A stretch of DNA of 64,000 nt from Desulfatiglandales bacterium (GTDB lineage Bacteria; Desulfobacterota; DSM-4660; Desulfatiglandales; HGW-15). This document shows positions 48,523-57,890 of the stretch, piece by piece. The position numbers and the translations under genes were made by a program. The stretch spans positions 2,240,001 through 2,304,000 of the forward strand of contig CAXXJJ010000004.1 in NCBI GenBank assembly GCA_963667015.2. The letters are read 5' to 3'. Under the pieces are notes generated by a model. It was not told the origin of the DNA and did not search any database. It was given only the letters and a program-made list of their open reading frames with translations. Each line of letters begins with the position of its first letter. Position 1 is the first letter of the stretch.

Positions 48523-49878
48523 TTTTTTGTATGCTGTTTGGAATACAGTTTTCCCAGGAATAACTTCTAGCATTCCCGCTTCTACCATACGCTTTAAAAT
48601 ATGTTTCATTGCATTTTCAGACCCTACATTACATATTTCTCTTGCTTCACGATTGGTTATTTCCTCATGGGATTCTAGAAATAACATGATGAGCTCTTGT
48701 GGAGTTCCAAGGGATTCATGTTTAAGTGTTACTAAAACATTGCCACCTTTTTGCTCTATGATTGGGTCACGCAACCTCATGTCTCTCATTGACTTAAATG
48801 CAGTATTTAACCCTTCTCCGACATCTTTGTTTGGAGGGTTTGGAAATTTATTAATAAGGCGAACAATGACACCGTTCCTAGAAAAACGTTCATCAAGAAT
48901 ATTTTCTGTTGTTATATGAGCTGGTAATGTCCCGGGACTTTGGATCTCTACTCGATTGTCAAAGACCCTAATATGAATATCGTCTGTAATGCTATAATCA
49001 CGATGAATTACAGCATTTGTAACGATTTCATGTAGCGCTTCATGCGGGTATGATGCGGCCCTTAAACCTTCTGGTGTCATTATTCTTGTAGACTCAATCA
49101 GTGCTTTGGTTTCCTCAACTGATACATGGATAACGTCATAAAGACAACCTTCAATAGTAAAAGGATCAGCGACCAACTCCTCCCTGCTGCCTTCCTCGTC
49201 TTTTGTGGTATATTGGTATAATTTTAGGCCACAGTGTTTTGGGAGGATTGCTTGAGGTTCCTCTGCAAAAAGCAACACTCCAGCAACAGTAGGATGATCA
49301 TTTATAATAAGTCGTTGTTTGGTTAACCATGGTTCTGGTTCTGAGGTAGGCACAACCTCCAACATGAACTCAATTATTTTAGATGAATTTTCTATTACTT
49401 CTTTTTCAATATTTATAGTATCGGTTTCAAAGGATGCTATCCCTTTATTAATTTTAAGTCGGTGAATTGCTTCTTCATCAGTTACAGGTAAATTTTGAGC
49501 CCCTCTACGAAGATAAATTTTACCGTTTGATGCTTGCTTTACAGACCTGCTTTTATGAATTTCGATTTTCAGAACCAACCCAGGCTGACTAACATTAGAT
49601 AAAAATGAAAATAGATAGCCGTCTCCTAAAGGAAAAAACTCCTCGAATGTTTGAATATGAGCATTGGCTGCTTCAACATTTTCAAAACCCCGCCACACTC
49701 TAGGTTCGTCTTCAATTCCAATAAATAACTCACCACCCTCAGCATTTGAGAAAGCACTTATTGTTTTTGTTAGTTTCGCGGGGTTAATATCAGTCGATTT
49801 CAAATCATTGAAATGATTTTCTTCTAGAGCAATAATTTTTGCTACATCTTCATCTGAAATATTTATAGTATCAATCAT
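48517..49878 (-). CDS. Schlafen/AlbA_2 domain + HATPase_c_4 + winged-HTH protein
   Basis: E....DLKS, ISAFSNAEGGELFIGIED; EALHEIVTNAVIHRDY, IQSPG, SRN, GEG; C-terminal ITNREAREI HTH. Confidence 0.88.
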   Translation of the reverse strand: MIDTINISDEDVAKIIALEENHFNDLKSTDINPAKLTKTISAFSNAEGGELFIGIEDEPRVWRGFENVEAANAHIQTFEEFFPLGDGYLFSFLSNVSQPGLVLKIEIHKSRSVKQASNGKIYLRRGAQNLPVTDEEAIHRLKINKGIASFETDTINIEKEVIENSSKIIEFMLEVVPTSEPEPWLTKQRLIINDHPTVAGVLLFAEEPQAILPKHCGLKLYQYTTKDEEGSREELVADPFTIEGCLYDVIHVSVEETKALIESTRIMTPEGLRAASYPHEALHEIVTNAVIHRDYSITDDIHIRVFDNRVEIQSPGTLPAHITTENILDERFSRNGVIVRLINKFPNPPNKDVGEGLNTAFKSMRDMRLRDPIIEQKGGNVLVTLKHESLGTPQELIMLFLESHEEITNREAREICNVGSENAMKHILKRMVEAGMLEVIPGKTVFQTAYKKA

Positions 49879-49899
49879 TTTCTTAGATGTCCTTTATTA

Positions 49900-49952
49900 G
49901 CTCAACAAGTCATTCAGCGGGCCTGTATATCTTTTCAAATTGGATGTTATAC
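49900..49952 (-). other. Degenerate attC-like site upstream of the AlbA/ATPase gene
   Basis: Minus strand GTATAACATCCAATT...CCGCTGAATGACTT-GTTGAGC; the GTTRRRY core ends 21 nt before the ATG. Confidence 0.45.
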
Positions 49953-50062
49953 AGAAAAATTATCACATGGTTGATGTTTTGACTAGTTAATCATAGTCTT
50001 CAATTCTTAAAAATTGAGAGTAGGAATATAAATAAAAAGATCAATGTTATGTATAAAGCTAT

Positions 50063-50863
50063 TTACTTTTTACTGACATCCAGACCGGCGCTTTTAAAAA
50101 TAGCATCATAAAAATCAGGTCTGGGAAAATCCGGCTGCAATCCTTTTTTAAGTCCGGTGTATCCCAATCCCTTCTTATCGAGCTGTTTTAGTGCGTCCGC
50201 ATAGTCATCAAGCTTGTTTAGCGGCAGGGAAAATATCACCTTGTCTTCTTCTACCATGGCCCTTTCGTATTCTCCGGGATCAGGGAATGTGACCCTGTAT
50301 TTACCATTAAGAAAAACAGGTACAACAGCATAGACACAGGAATCAAATGCCTCTATATCCGATTCGACACAGTAATCCGGCCGGAACTTAAGGGCCATAA
50401 GCATGCTCCTAAGCTGGGCGTTATTTGAGTATATCAGAATAACATCAGGTATAAACCCGGCTGTTGTTAGCGGGGCTGAAACAACCCCGATATACTTATT
50501 GGTGGGAAGTGAGGGAAGCGCATCGGCCAGTTCTTTGGTCCACTTAAGGATGCCCTTTACATCGGGTTCTATATCATCTCTTTCAAAATCAATGGCGCTT
50601 GAATCCACCAGCCCATAGGCAATAAGCGGGGCCCAGCACCACTGATCGTCCTTGAGCACTGCCACTGTCTCACCTTCACGCCTGGACATGGCAAAGGCCT
50701 GGCACTGCGCAAAGTGCCCGCCTTTATCTTTTCGGGGACGAACTGCATCCGCAGGAATCTCATCCTCACTCTTTATGAATTTGACACCGATGGGAGGTGT
50801 CTTGAGCCTTAAAAGCTGTTCTATTTCTCTGGCGTATTTATTTATTTTTTTTAATTCTGTCAT
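50063..50863 (-). CDS. DUF169 family protein
   Basis: L.LKTPPIGVKF, CQAFAMSR..G, C...., SAPL, PDVILIY..NAQ, DSC, PDPGE. Confidence 0.85.
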   Translation of the reverse strand: MTELKKINKYAREIEQLLRLKTPPIGVKFIKSEDEIPADAVRPRKDKGGHFAQCQAFAMSRREGETVAVLKDDQWCWAPLIAYGLVDSSAIDFERDDIEPDVKGILKWTKELADALPSLPTNKYIGVVSAPLTTAGFIPDVILIYSNNAQLRSMLMALKFRPDYCVESDIEAFDSCVYAVVPVFLNGKYRVTFPDPGEYERAMVEEDKVIFSLPLNKLDDYADALKQLDKKGLGYTGLKKGLQPDFPRPDFYDAIFKSAGLDVSKK

Positions 50864-50887
50864 TCCTTGCTACTCCTTATATATTTA

Positions 50888-52156
50888 CTATTCCTTTGCC
50901 TTTATCCATTTTATAACCTCCCGCAGGCCTGGTTTTGTACCTGTTCGAAGTATCCCTACCCTGTATACCTTGCCTGCTATGGGAAAAATAAGAATCAGCG
51001 TTACAATATTAATGACACACGATATGAGGGGATAAATAAAAGACATATCAACAAGCGTAAATCTACAGGGCATTACGATAATTGTAGCAAATGGAACATA
51101 AGAGGCTATAGTTGCAATTATATTATCCGGGTTGTTTATCATGCTGAAGCAAAGAAAAAAGGGAATTATTATAAGAAGCATCAATGGAAACACCCCCTGC
51201 TGGGCTTCCTGGGGAGCATTAAACATTGACCCGACCATTGCGAATAATCCCTGGTATATAAGTAACCCCAGAAAAAAATTGCACAAAAAATAAATAAAAT
51301 GCCCATAGTTGATATCGAATTTTAAATCGGCAGGCATAAAACTCCAGGTCGTTGACATTAAAACAATCATTGGTAAAAGCCATATCAGCATCTGGACAAG
51401 TGAAGTGATTGAACTCCCGAACACCTTCCCTGTCATCAGTTCTTTACTGCTTACACTGGAGAGGAGGACCTCAATAACCTTACTGCTTTTCTCTTCAATA
51501 ACAGCAGTCATGGTCATCGAACCGCTCATTATAAGGCTCATGTAAAGCAGAACAGCAAAAACAAATGCAAGAACAATATTGCCGTTGGCCTGTTTTTCTA
51601 TTTTTTCTTCTTTTGAGACTTTAAAATTGTTGAATTCAACAGATTTCCTGGCAAAGGTCAGCTCTTCGTCTGTCAGGGCCTTTCCCGAAAAATAGCGATC
51701 AATTAATATTTTATTAATCGGCCCGTTCATTCTCGCGGAAATAGTCAGCTTATTCGGGGTTTTGGCATAGTACTCAACACCTTTATCTTCCAGTGCCTTT
51801 TCAGGAATAAAAATAATACCTGTAAGTCCTTTTGAAAGGAGTTCCCCTTTTTTACTGTCAATGTAAGCTTTGATATCCTTGCGTGTCACAGTATTAAATG
51901 AAATTGACCACGACCCGTCCTCAACAAAAGGCAGAGTTTTAAAACTTTTGCTGCATTCCTCTGTTAAGTCTTTGGTTTCGCTAACGACCTCAATCTTTGT
52001 ACCTTTATCGCCCTGGAAACTCACCATTAACATCTGAAAACCAATGAAGACAAACATTATAACAGGCATTAGCAGGGTCATAAAAATAAATGCCTTTGAC
52101 ATGAGTTTCTCATGCAACTCCCTTTTGATGACCGCGATTATTCTATAATTTAACAA
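50888..52156 (-). CDS. ABC-2 type exporter permease (NatB-like)
   Basis: VIEEKSSKVIEVLLSS...LMTGKV motif, TM helices; TTG start at 52156 with GGAGG RBS. Confidence 0.88.
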   Translation of the reverse strand: MLNYRIIAVIKRELHEKLMSKAFIFMTLLMPVIMFVFIGFQMLMVSFQGDKGTKIEVVSETKDLTEECSKSFKTLPFVEDGSWSISFNTVTRKDIKAYIDSKKGELLSKGLTGIIFIPEKALEDKGVEYYAKTPNKLTISARMNGPINKILIDRYFSGKALTDEELTFARKSVEFNNFKVSKEEKIEKQANGNIVLAFVFAVLLYMSLIMSGSMTMTAVIEEKSSKVIEVLLSSVSSKELMTGKVFGSSITSLVQMLIWLLPMIVLMSTTWSFMPADLKFDINYGHFIYFLCNFFLGLLIYQGLFAMVGSMFNAPQEAQQGVFPLMLLIIIPFFLCFSMINNPDNIIATIASYVPFATIIVMPCRFTLVDMSFIYPLISCVINIVTLILIFPIAGKVYRVGILRTGTKPGLREVIKWIKAKE

Positions 52157-53072
52157 AGCTGTATTCCTCCTTTGGAGCCCTTCCAGCAAGTTTAATAAAT
52201 ATCTCGTTAAGGGATATGTCATTACTGTCGAAGCTGATTACCTTCACATTTTTTTCTAAAAGCAATCTCAAAAACTCCTGTGTCTGGCTACCGTCTTTCA
52301 ATGTTATGCCAACACTGTTACCAAAGTCGGAAATATGATCGACCATGGGATGACTGTCCAGGAAAAAGATATCCCCTTCATATGTAAGCTTTACATTATT
52401 CTTTGAAAAATCAGCCTTAATCTCGCTCAGGTTACCATTCAGAATAATTTTTCCTTTATCGATCATAGCGATGTGGTCACACAGCTTTTCAGCAAAATCC
52501 ATGAGATGTGTGGAAAAGATTATGACCTTTCCTTCTTTCTTCTTCTCCAGGATTATATCTTTGAGGAGATTTGTATTGATGGGGTCCATCCCGGAAAAAG
52601 GCTCATCAAGAACAATAAAATCAGGATCATGGATAATTGTCGATATAAACTGTACCTTCTGCTGATTGCCCTTGGAAAGGGTCTCCAGCTTTGAATTCAT
52701 CCGGTCTCCAAGATCAAAGCGTTCAAGATATTCCTTTGCCTTTTTTGTAACATCCTTTCCCTTTTTCCCCTTGAGTTCCGCAAAAAAGAGAATGGTTTCC
52801 AAAACCTTCATCTTTTTATAAAGGCCTCTTTCTTCTGGAAGATACCCTACCCTTGCCCTGAATTCATGGTCAACAGGCCTTCCCCGGAACATTATTTCCC
52901 CTGACGTAGGCATGTAGATATTCATGAGCATGCGGATAGTCGTTGTTTTTCCTGCGCCATTACGCCCGATAAGGCCGAAAATTGAGCCTTCCGGAACTTC
53001 GAATGAAGCATTATCCACCGCTTTAAGGATGTCAAACATTTTTGTTAGATTTCGGACTTCAAGTGCCGGCAT
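52143..53072 (-). CDS. ABC transporter ATP-binding protein (NatA-like, DUF4162 C-terminus)
   Basis: GRNGAGKTT, LSKGNQQK, VLDEPFSG, STH. Confidence 0.93.
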   Translation of the reverse strand: MPALEVRNLTKMFDILKAVDNASFEVPEGSIFGLIGRNGAGKTTTIRMLMNIYMPTSGEIMFRGRPVDHEFRARVGYLPEERGLYKKMKVLETILFFAELKGKKGKDVTKKAKEYLERFDLGDRMNSKLETLSKGNQQKVQFISTIIHDPDFIVLDEPFSGMDPINTNLLKDIILEKKKEGKVIIFSTHLMDFAEKLCDHIAMIDKGKIILNGNLSEIKADFSKNNVKLTYEGDIFFLDSHPMVDHISDFGNSVGITLKDGSQTQEFLRLLLEKNVKVISFDSNDISLNEIFIKLAGRAPKEEYSFVKL

Positions 53073-53199
53073 TTGTATTCCCTGGATAAAATTTAATGGC
53101 TCACATTAATAATATGGTTCAATAAATCATTTGGTTTTGTGAAACTGGTTTAAGGGGAGAAGCTAATTTTGTGGAATACTAGCATTTTCAGATGAAAAA

Positions 53200-54105
53200 C
53201 TAAAGCCTGTTTTTATCGTTCATAAATGATTTTAACATGCTGCTGAACTCCCTTGCTGCAATTGAGTGTATTCCTTTTTTCTGATAAATAAGACCGAGTC
53301 TTCTGCATTCATCATTTTTAAAAATATGGATCACTTTGAGTCTGTTTTGCTTTACCTCCGATTGAACTGATATAAGGGGAACAATAGATATTCCGAATTC
53401 AAGCTGCACAAGTTTTTTAATCACCTCTATATTTCCTAGTTCCATTATTATCTTGGGTTTGATGCCTTCTCTTATGTATCTTTCATCAATATATGAGCGT
53501 GTATTTGACCCACTGTCCAGAAGCAGCATCGGATATTCGGCAAGATCCCGGAATGTTATTTTCTTTCTTTTTGAAAGAGCATGATCTGTTGAACATATAC
53601 CTACGTCCTCCCTTATAACCAGGGTTTCGGACACAAGTTTGGGATTCTCAACCGGAAGCGTTACAATCCCGATATCTGCATCACCCGCAAGAACCTGGGC
53701 CGCTGAAACAGGAGAAGGCTTACAAAATATTCTTACATCAATATCAGGGTATCTTGTTCTGAATTTTTTAAGTACTTCAGGAAGGATGTAATATGCAGTT
53801 GTATCACTTGTGCTTATGGTTAGCTTTCCATGTTTCAGTTCTTTAAGGGCATCTATCCTGAATAAACCCTGCTCAACGATTTTAAACGCCTCGTTAGAAT
53901 GCTCAAGAAGTATTTCCCCTGCCTGAGTTAAAATAACAGTACGTCCCTGCCTGATAAAAAGTTTTTCACCAATTCCGGTCTCAAGAGCAGCAATCATCTG
54001 ACTGATAGCCGGCTGTGTCCTGAAAAGTCTGTCGGCAGTTTTCGTGAAGCTTTTAGTTTCCGCCAGAGTGCGAAAAGCAGTCAGTTGATCAAAGGTTATT
54101 TGCAT
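53200..54105 (-). CDS. LysR family transcriptional regulator
   Basis: SFTKTADRLFRTQPAISQMI..LE HTH plus substrate-binding domain; divergent from purA. Confidence 0.93.
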   Translation of the reverse strand: MQITFDQLTAFRTLAETKSFTKTADRLFRTQPAISQMIAALETGIGEKLFIRQGRTVILTQAGEILLEHSNEAFKIVEQGLFRIDALKELKHGKLTISTSDTTAYYILPEVLKKFRTRYPDIDVRIFCKPSPVSAAQVLAGDADIGIVTLPVENPKLVSETLVIREDVGICSTDHALSKRKKITFRDLAEYPMLLLDSGSNTRSYIDERYIREGIKPKIIMELGNIEVIKKLVQLEFGISIVPLISVQSEVKQNRLKVIHIFKNDECRRLGLIYQKKGIHSIAAREFSSMLKSFMNDKNRL

Positions 54106-54208
54106 AATAATTTTTTATTCTTTCTATAATTATTATTAATTTGCCTTATACTTAAAGCACAAATAAAATCTCAACTCAATAAATATTATTTTGATGAGAG
54201 GAGATAAA

Positions 54209-55483
54209 ATGGCCGTAAAAGCAATTGTGGGGGCAAACTGGGGAGATGAAGGAAAAGGTAAAATAATAGACTATTTAGCCTCAGATGCAGATTTTGTTGT
54301 CAGGTTTCAGGGCGGCCGGAACGCCGGGCATACAATCATAAACGAGTACGGTAAAAATGTGATGCACCTGCTGCCATCCGGAGTTTTTTATCCAGAAATA
54401 ATCAACATACTTGGTCCGGGAGTGGCCCTTGACATGGAAGGATTTCTAGATGAATTTAAGATGCTAAAAGAGCAAAATGTTAATCCAAGAATAATTATTT
54501 CGGATCGAGCCCAGATAGTACTCCCCTTTCATTTACTGTTTGATAAATATGAAGAAATTAGATTAGGTGAAGATAGATTTGGCTCCACTCAAAAGGGAAT
54601 TGCGCCTTTTTATGCTGACAAGTATATGAAGATTGGTATCCGTGTGTCTGACATTAGTGACAGGGATTTCCTGATAAAAAGACTTGAGAGATCCTTATCA
54701 GCTAAAAATATTTTATTTGAGCATTATTATAACAACCCTCCTTTGAATCCGGAAACGATCGCTGAAGAATTGATAGCAATGTATAGGAAAGTAGAGCCTT
54801 TCATATGCAATACAACCCCCTTGCTCAACAGAGCTGTCTGCGAAAATAAAAACATACTTCTTGAAGGACAACTGGGGGCTCTTCGCGACCCTGACCACGG
54901 GATATATCCATTTACCACGTCATCATCAACCCTGGCAGGCTTTGCCACGGTCGGAGCAGGTATTCCACCACACACTATTAAAAACATCATATGCGTAACC
55001 AAGGCTTATTCCACCTGTGTAGGGGCAGGACCTTTTGTAACGGAAATCGACGGAGAAGAGTCAAATGATATTCGCGACAGGGGTGGTGATTCAGGTGAAT
55101 ACGGGGCAACGACCGGACGTCCAAGACGCATTGGATGGTTCGATGCTGTTGCTACAAAATATGGCTGTCTTCTTCAGGGAGCAACAGAAGTTGCGCTTTC
55201 AATGCTTGATGTTTTAGGTTATCTTAAGGAAATTCCGCTTTGTACCGGTTATGAGATTGATGGAAAAGTAACAACCGAGTTTCCCTGCAATCTTGAGTTA
55301 ATAAAGGCGAAACCTGTTTATGAATTTCATAAGGGATGGCGTTGTAATATCTCCGGCATAGATAACTTCGCCGAATTACCTTATGAAGCTCAACAATATA
55401 TCAACAGGATAGAAGAGCTTATAAAAGTGCCGATTAGATACATCTCCGTGGGTCCAAAAAGGGAAGAGATCATTCAAAAATAA
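54209..55483 (+). CDS. purA: Adenylosuccinate synthetase
   Basis: WGDEGKGK, NAGHT, EYGATTGRPRRIGWFD, SVGP; GGAG RBS before ATG 54209. Confidence 0.95.
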   Translation: MAVKAIVGANWGDEGKGKIIDYLASDADFVVRFQGGRNAGHTIINEYGKNVMHLLPSGVFYPEIINILGPGVALDMEGFLDEFKMLKEQNVNPRIIISDRAQIVLPFHLLFDKYEEIRLGEDRFGSTQKGIAPFYADKYMKIGIRVSDISDRDFLIKRLERSLSAKNILFEHYYNNPPLNPETIAEELIAMYRKVEPFICNTTPLLNRAVCENKNILLEGQLGALRDPDHGIYPFTTSSSTLAGFATVGAGIPPHTIKNIICVTKAYSTCVGAGPFVTEIDGEESNDIRDRGGDSGEYGATTGRPRRIGWFDAVATKYGCLLQGATEVALSMLDVLGYLKEIPLCTGYEIDGKVTTEFPCNLELIKAKPVYEFHKGWRCNISGIDNFAELPYEAQQYINRIEELIKVPIRYISVGPKREEIIQK

Positions 55484-55497
55484 AGAAAGGAGAAAAA

Positions 55498-56205
55498 ATG
55501 CTTCCAAAGGGAATTTTATTTGATCTTGATGATACTATACTCGCATACAGTGCAATATCAAAACCTATCTGGAAACAGGTCTGCAATCAATACACTAAAG
55601 AGAATGAAAAGCTTGAACCCGAACTGCTCTATGGAAAGATTAAAGAAGTCAGCCGCTGGTACTGGTCTGACCCGGAACGCCACAGAATCGGCCGAAGCGA
55701 TTTGAACCGTGCAAGGCGGGAGGTTATGGAAATGGTATTTGAAAAACTTAATATAGATGACACCCCTCTTGCCCATAAAATAGGAAACGCCTTTCAAAAA
55801 AGAAGGGATGAAGAAATTTTCCTGTTTGAGGGTGCAGCGGAAACCGTTGAGTATATGTACAGGAACAATGTTGCACTGGCCATGATGACCAATGGGGAAA
55901 CTGAAAAGCAGAGGGCCAAGATAGAGAAGTTCAACCTTGAAAAGTATTTTAAGGTGATCCTTATAGAAGGAGAACAGGGGTTCGGAAAACCGGATGAAAG
56001 GGTTTATAAAAAGGCCCTGGATGGCTTAGGGTTAAAACCGGAAGAATGCTGGGCAGTAGGTGACAACCTTGAATGGGATGTTGGTGCCCCTCAGAAACTG
56101 GGGATATACGGGATATGGAACGATTTTGAGAAAAAGGGTTTGCCTGAAGATTCGGCCATTGTACCGGATCGGATTATAAACAATATTCAGGAATTGATCG
56201 ATTAA
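55498..56205 (+). CDS. HAD-superfamily hydrolase (YjjG-like)
   Basis: FDLDDT, MTNG, KPD, VGDNLEWD. Confidence 0.9.
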   Translation: MLPKGILFDLDDTILAYSAISKPIWKQVCNQYTKENEKLEPELLYGKIKEVSRWYWSDPERHRIGRSDLNRARREVMEMVFEKLNIDDTPLAHKIGNAFQKRRDEEIFLFEGAAETVEYMYRNNVALAMMTNGETEKQRAKIEKFNLEKYFKVILIEGEQGFGKPDERVYKKALDGLGLKPEECWAVGDNLEWDVGAPQKLGIYGIWNDFEKKGLPEDSAIVPDRIINNIQELID

Positions 56206-56283
56206 GGTTGGAACAATTGAATATGAGAATTTTTTCATGTATCATATCGAATTAAATTCACATAAACAAAAAGGAGAAAAGAA

Positions 56284-56616
56284 ATGCCAGAATTTAGCAG
56301 TCCGTTTTCAGCACTTAAAAATGACAGAAAATTAACCGATTCCGAACTTGTTCGAGCAATCAGATTCATGATTGCAGCCGAATACGAGGCCATTCAGCTT
56401 TATCAGCAGACAGCCGAAAGCACAAACAACAAACTGGCCAAAGAAGTTTTGATGGACATTGCCGATGAAGAAAAAGAGCATGCCGGAGAATTCCTCAGAC
56501 TTTTAAGAGAGCTTGATCCTGCAGAGGAAGGGTTTTACAAAGAGGGCTATGAAGAGGTAGAAGAAATGATAGCCAAACTCAAAAAGAAAAAACCCGCGAA
56601 AAAAACAAAAAAATAA
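56284..56616 (+). CDS. Small ferritin-like (rubrerythrin-type di-iron) protein
   Basis: AEYEAIQLY and DIADEEKEHAGEF motifs; Lys-rich tail. Confidence 0.85.
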   Translation: MPEFSSPFSALKNDRKLTDSELVRAIRFMIAAEYEAIQLYQQTAESTNNKLAKEVLMDIADEEKEHAGEFLRLLRELDPAEEGFYKEGYEEVEEMIAKLKKKKPAKKTKK

Positions 56617-56627
56617 TTAGTACAATA

Positions 56628-56659
56628 ATGCAGGGGCGAAAAATCTTTCGCCCCTGCAT
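56628..56659. repeat. 14-bp-stem palindrome (REP-like or terminator)
   Basis: ATGCAGGGGCGAAA-AATC-TTTCGCCCCTGCAT, directly after the ferritin-like gene. Confidence 0.75.
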
Positions 56660-56887
56660 CTATATTCTTAACATTACCATTTCCTGCAGTTAATAGCCTG
56701 CAGCCGCCCCATCAGCTCTTCTGGAATCAGCCGCTACATTATTAAAAGGCTCTATTAATCAATCTCATATTCATTCGAATTTATAATGGCGGGATGTGCC
56801 TGTCAGGATGAGCAAATATTAGTTTTTCCTTGTTAATGAATCCTAATTCTATTATTCTGTGCATTACTTTTAATAGGAGAAAAGTAG

Positions 56888-57805
56888 ATGTCATATATAT
56901 TCGGTCCGGTTCCTTCAAGAAGACTCGGACTCTCTCTGGGTGTTGATCTGATTCCCCGGAAGACCTGCAGCTATAACTGTATATACTGCCAGGTTGGGAA
57001 GACTACTGACCGTATAATGGAACCTTCTTCATTTGTCCCCGTTCCGGAAGTAATCAGGGAGTTCAAGGAGGTTCTTGAAAAAACTCCCCCCGATGTAATA
57101 ACCCTTGCAGGGTCCGGCGAACCCACCCTGAATACGGATATAGGGTTAATAATTTCGGAAATCAAAAAGGTAACCTCGATCCCTATAACACTTTTAACCA
57201 ACGGGTCACTGCTATGGAATAAACAGGTAAGGGAAAAGGTTACAGGTGTAGATATAATGATCCCGACCCTTTCTTCAATTTATGAAGAAACATACAAGAA
57301 AATCCATCGGCCTCATCCAGTCCTCAGGCTTAATAATATACTTGAAGGTCTAAAGGAAATGCGAAAGGAATATACAGGGAATTTTTTTCTTGAGGTAATA
57401 CTCCTTAAAGGGTTAAATGACAGTGAAAAAGAGATTTCGGGCCTCTTAAAAATTATTAACGATATACAACCGGACAAGGTCCATCTCAATACTGTGGTCA
57501 GACCGCCATCTGATCCCAGTGCAATATCAATCAGCAATGAAAAACTCGAAGAAATAAAAAGCTTTCTTGGTGGAAGGGCCGAAATCATAGCCGCGGCACC
57601 TCTTAAAAGCAGAAGTAATAAACCGGACTCAATTGGCGACCAGATCATTGAGATGATAAAGAGACGCCCTGTAACAGTTGATGATATCTCGAACTCTCTT
57701 AATTTACAAAAGATTGAAACAGAGAGGGTTATCAAGGGACTGATAATAAAGGGCTATATTCAGGAACAGAGGCATGGCGACAATCTGTTCTACACTTCAA
57801 AGTAA
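56888..57805 (+). CDS. Radical SAM Fe-S oxidoreductase with C-terminal HTH-like domain
   Basis: FGPVPSRRLGLSLG, CSYNCIYC, GSGEPTL, LTNGSL. Confidence 0.9.
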   Translation: MSYIFGPVPSRRLGLSLGVDLIPRKTCSYNCIYCQVGKTTDRIMEPSSFVPVPEVIREFKEVLEKTPPDVITLAGSGEPTLNTDIGLIISEIKKVTSIPITLLTNGSLLWNKQVREKVTGVDIMIPTLSSIYEETYKKIHRPHPVLRLNNILEGLKEMRKEYTGNFFLEVILLKGLNDSEKEISGLLKIINDIQPDKVHLNTVVRPPSDPSAISISNEKLEEIKSFLGGRAEIIAAAPLKSRSNKPDSIGDQIIEMIKRRPVTVDDISNSLNLQKIETERVIKGLIIKGYIQEQRHGDNLFYTSK

Positions 57806-57890
57806 TAAATTAAAACGAACTTTCATTATTTGCATTCTGTAAAACTAGATCTATTATTTTACATCAACTTTAATATCAAAGGATGCATGG

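Noticed and set aside
54209..55483. PurZ (Z-base synthesis)
   Set aside because: The catalytic Asp in GDEGKG is retained (PurZ has Ser there) and there is no phage context.
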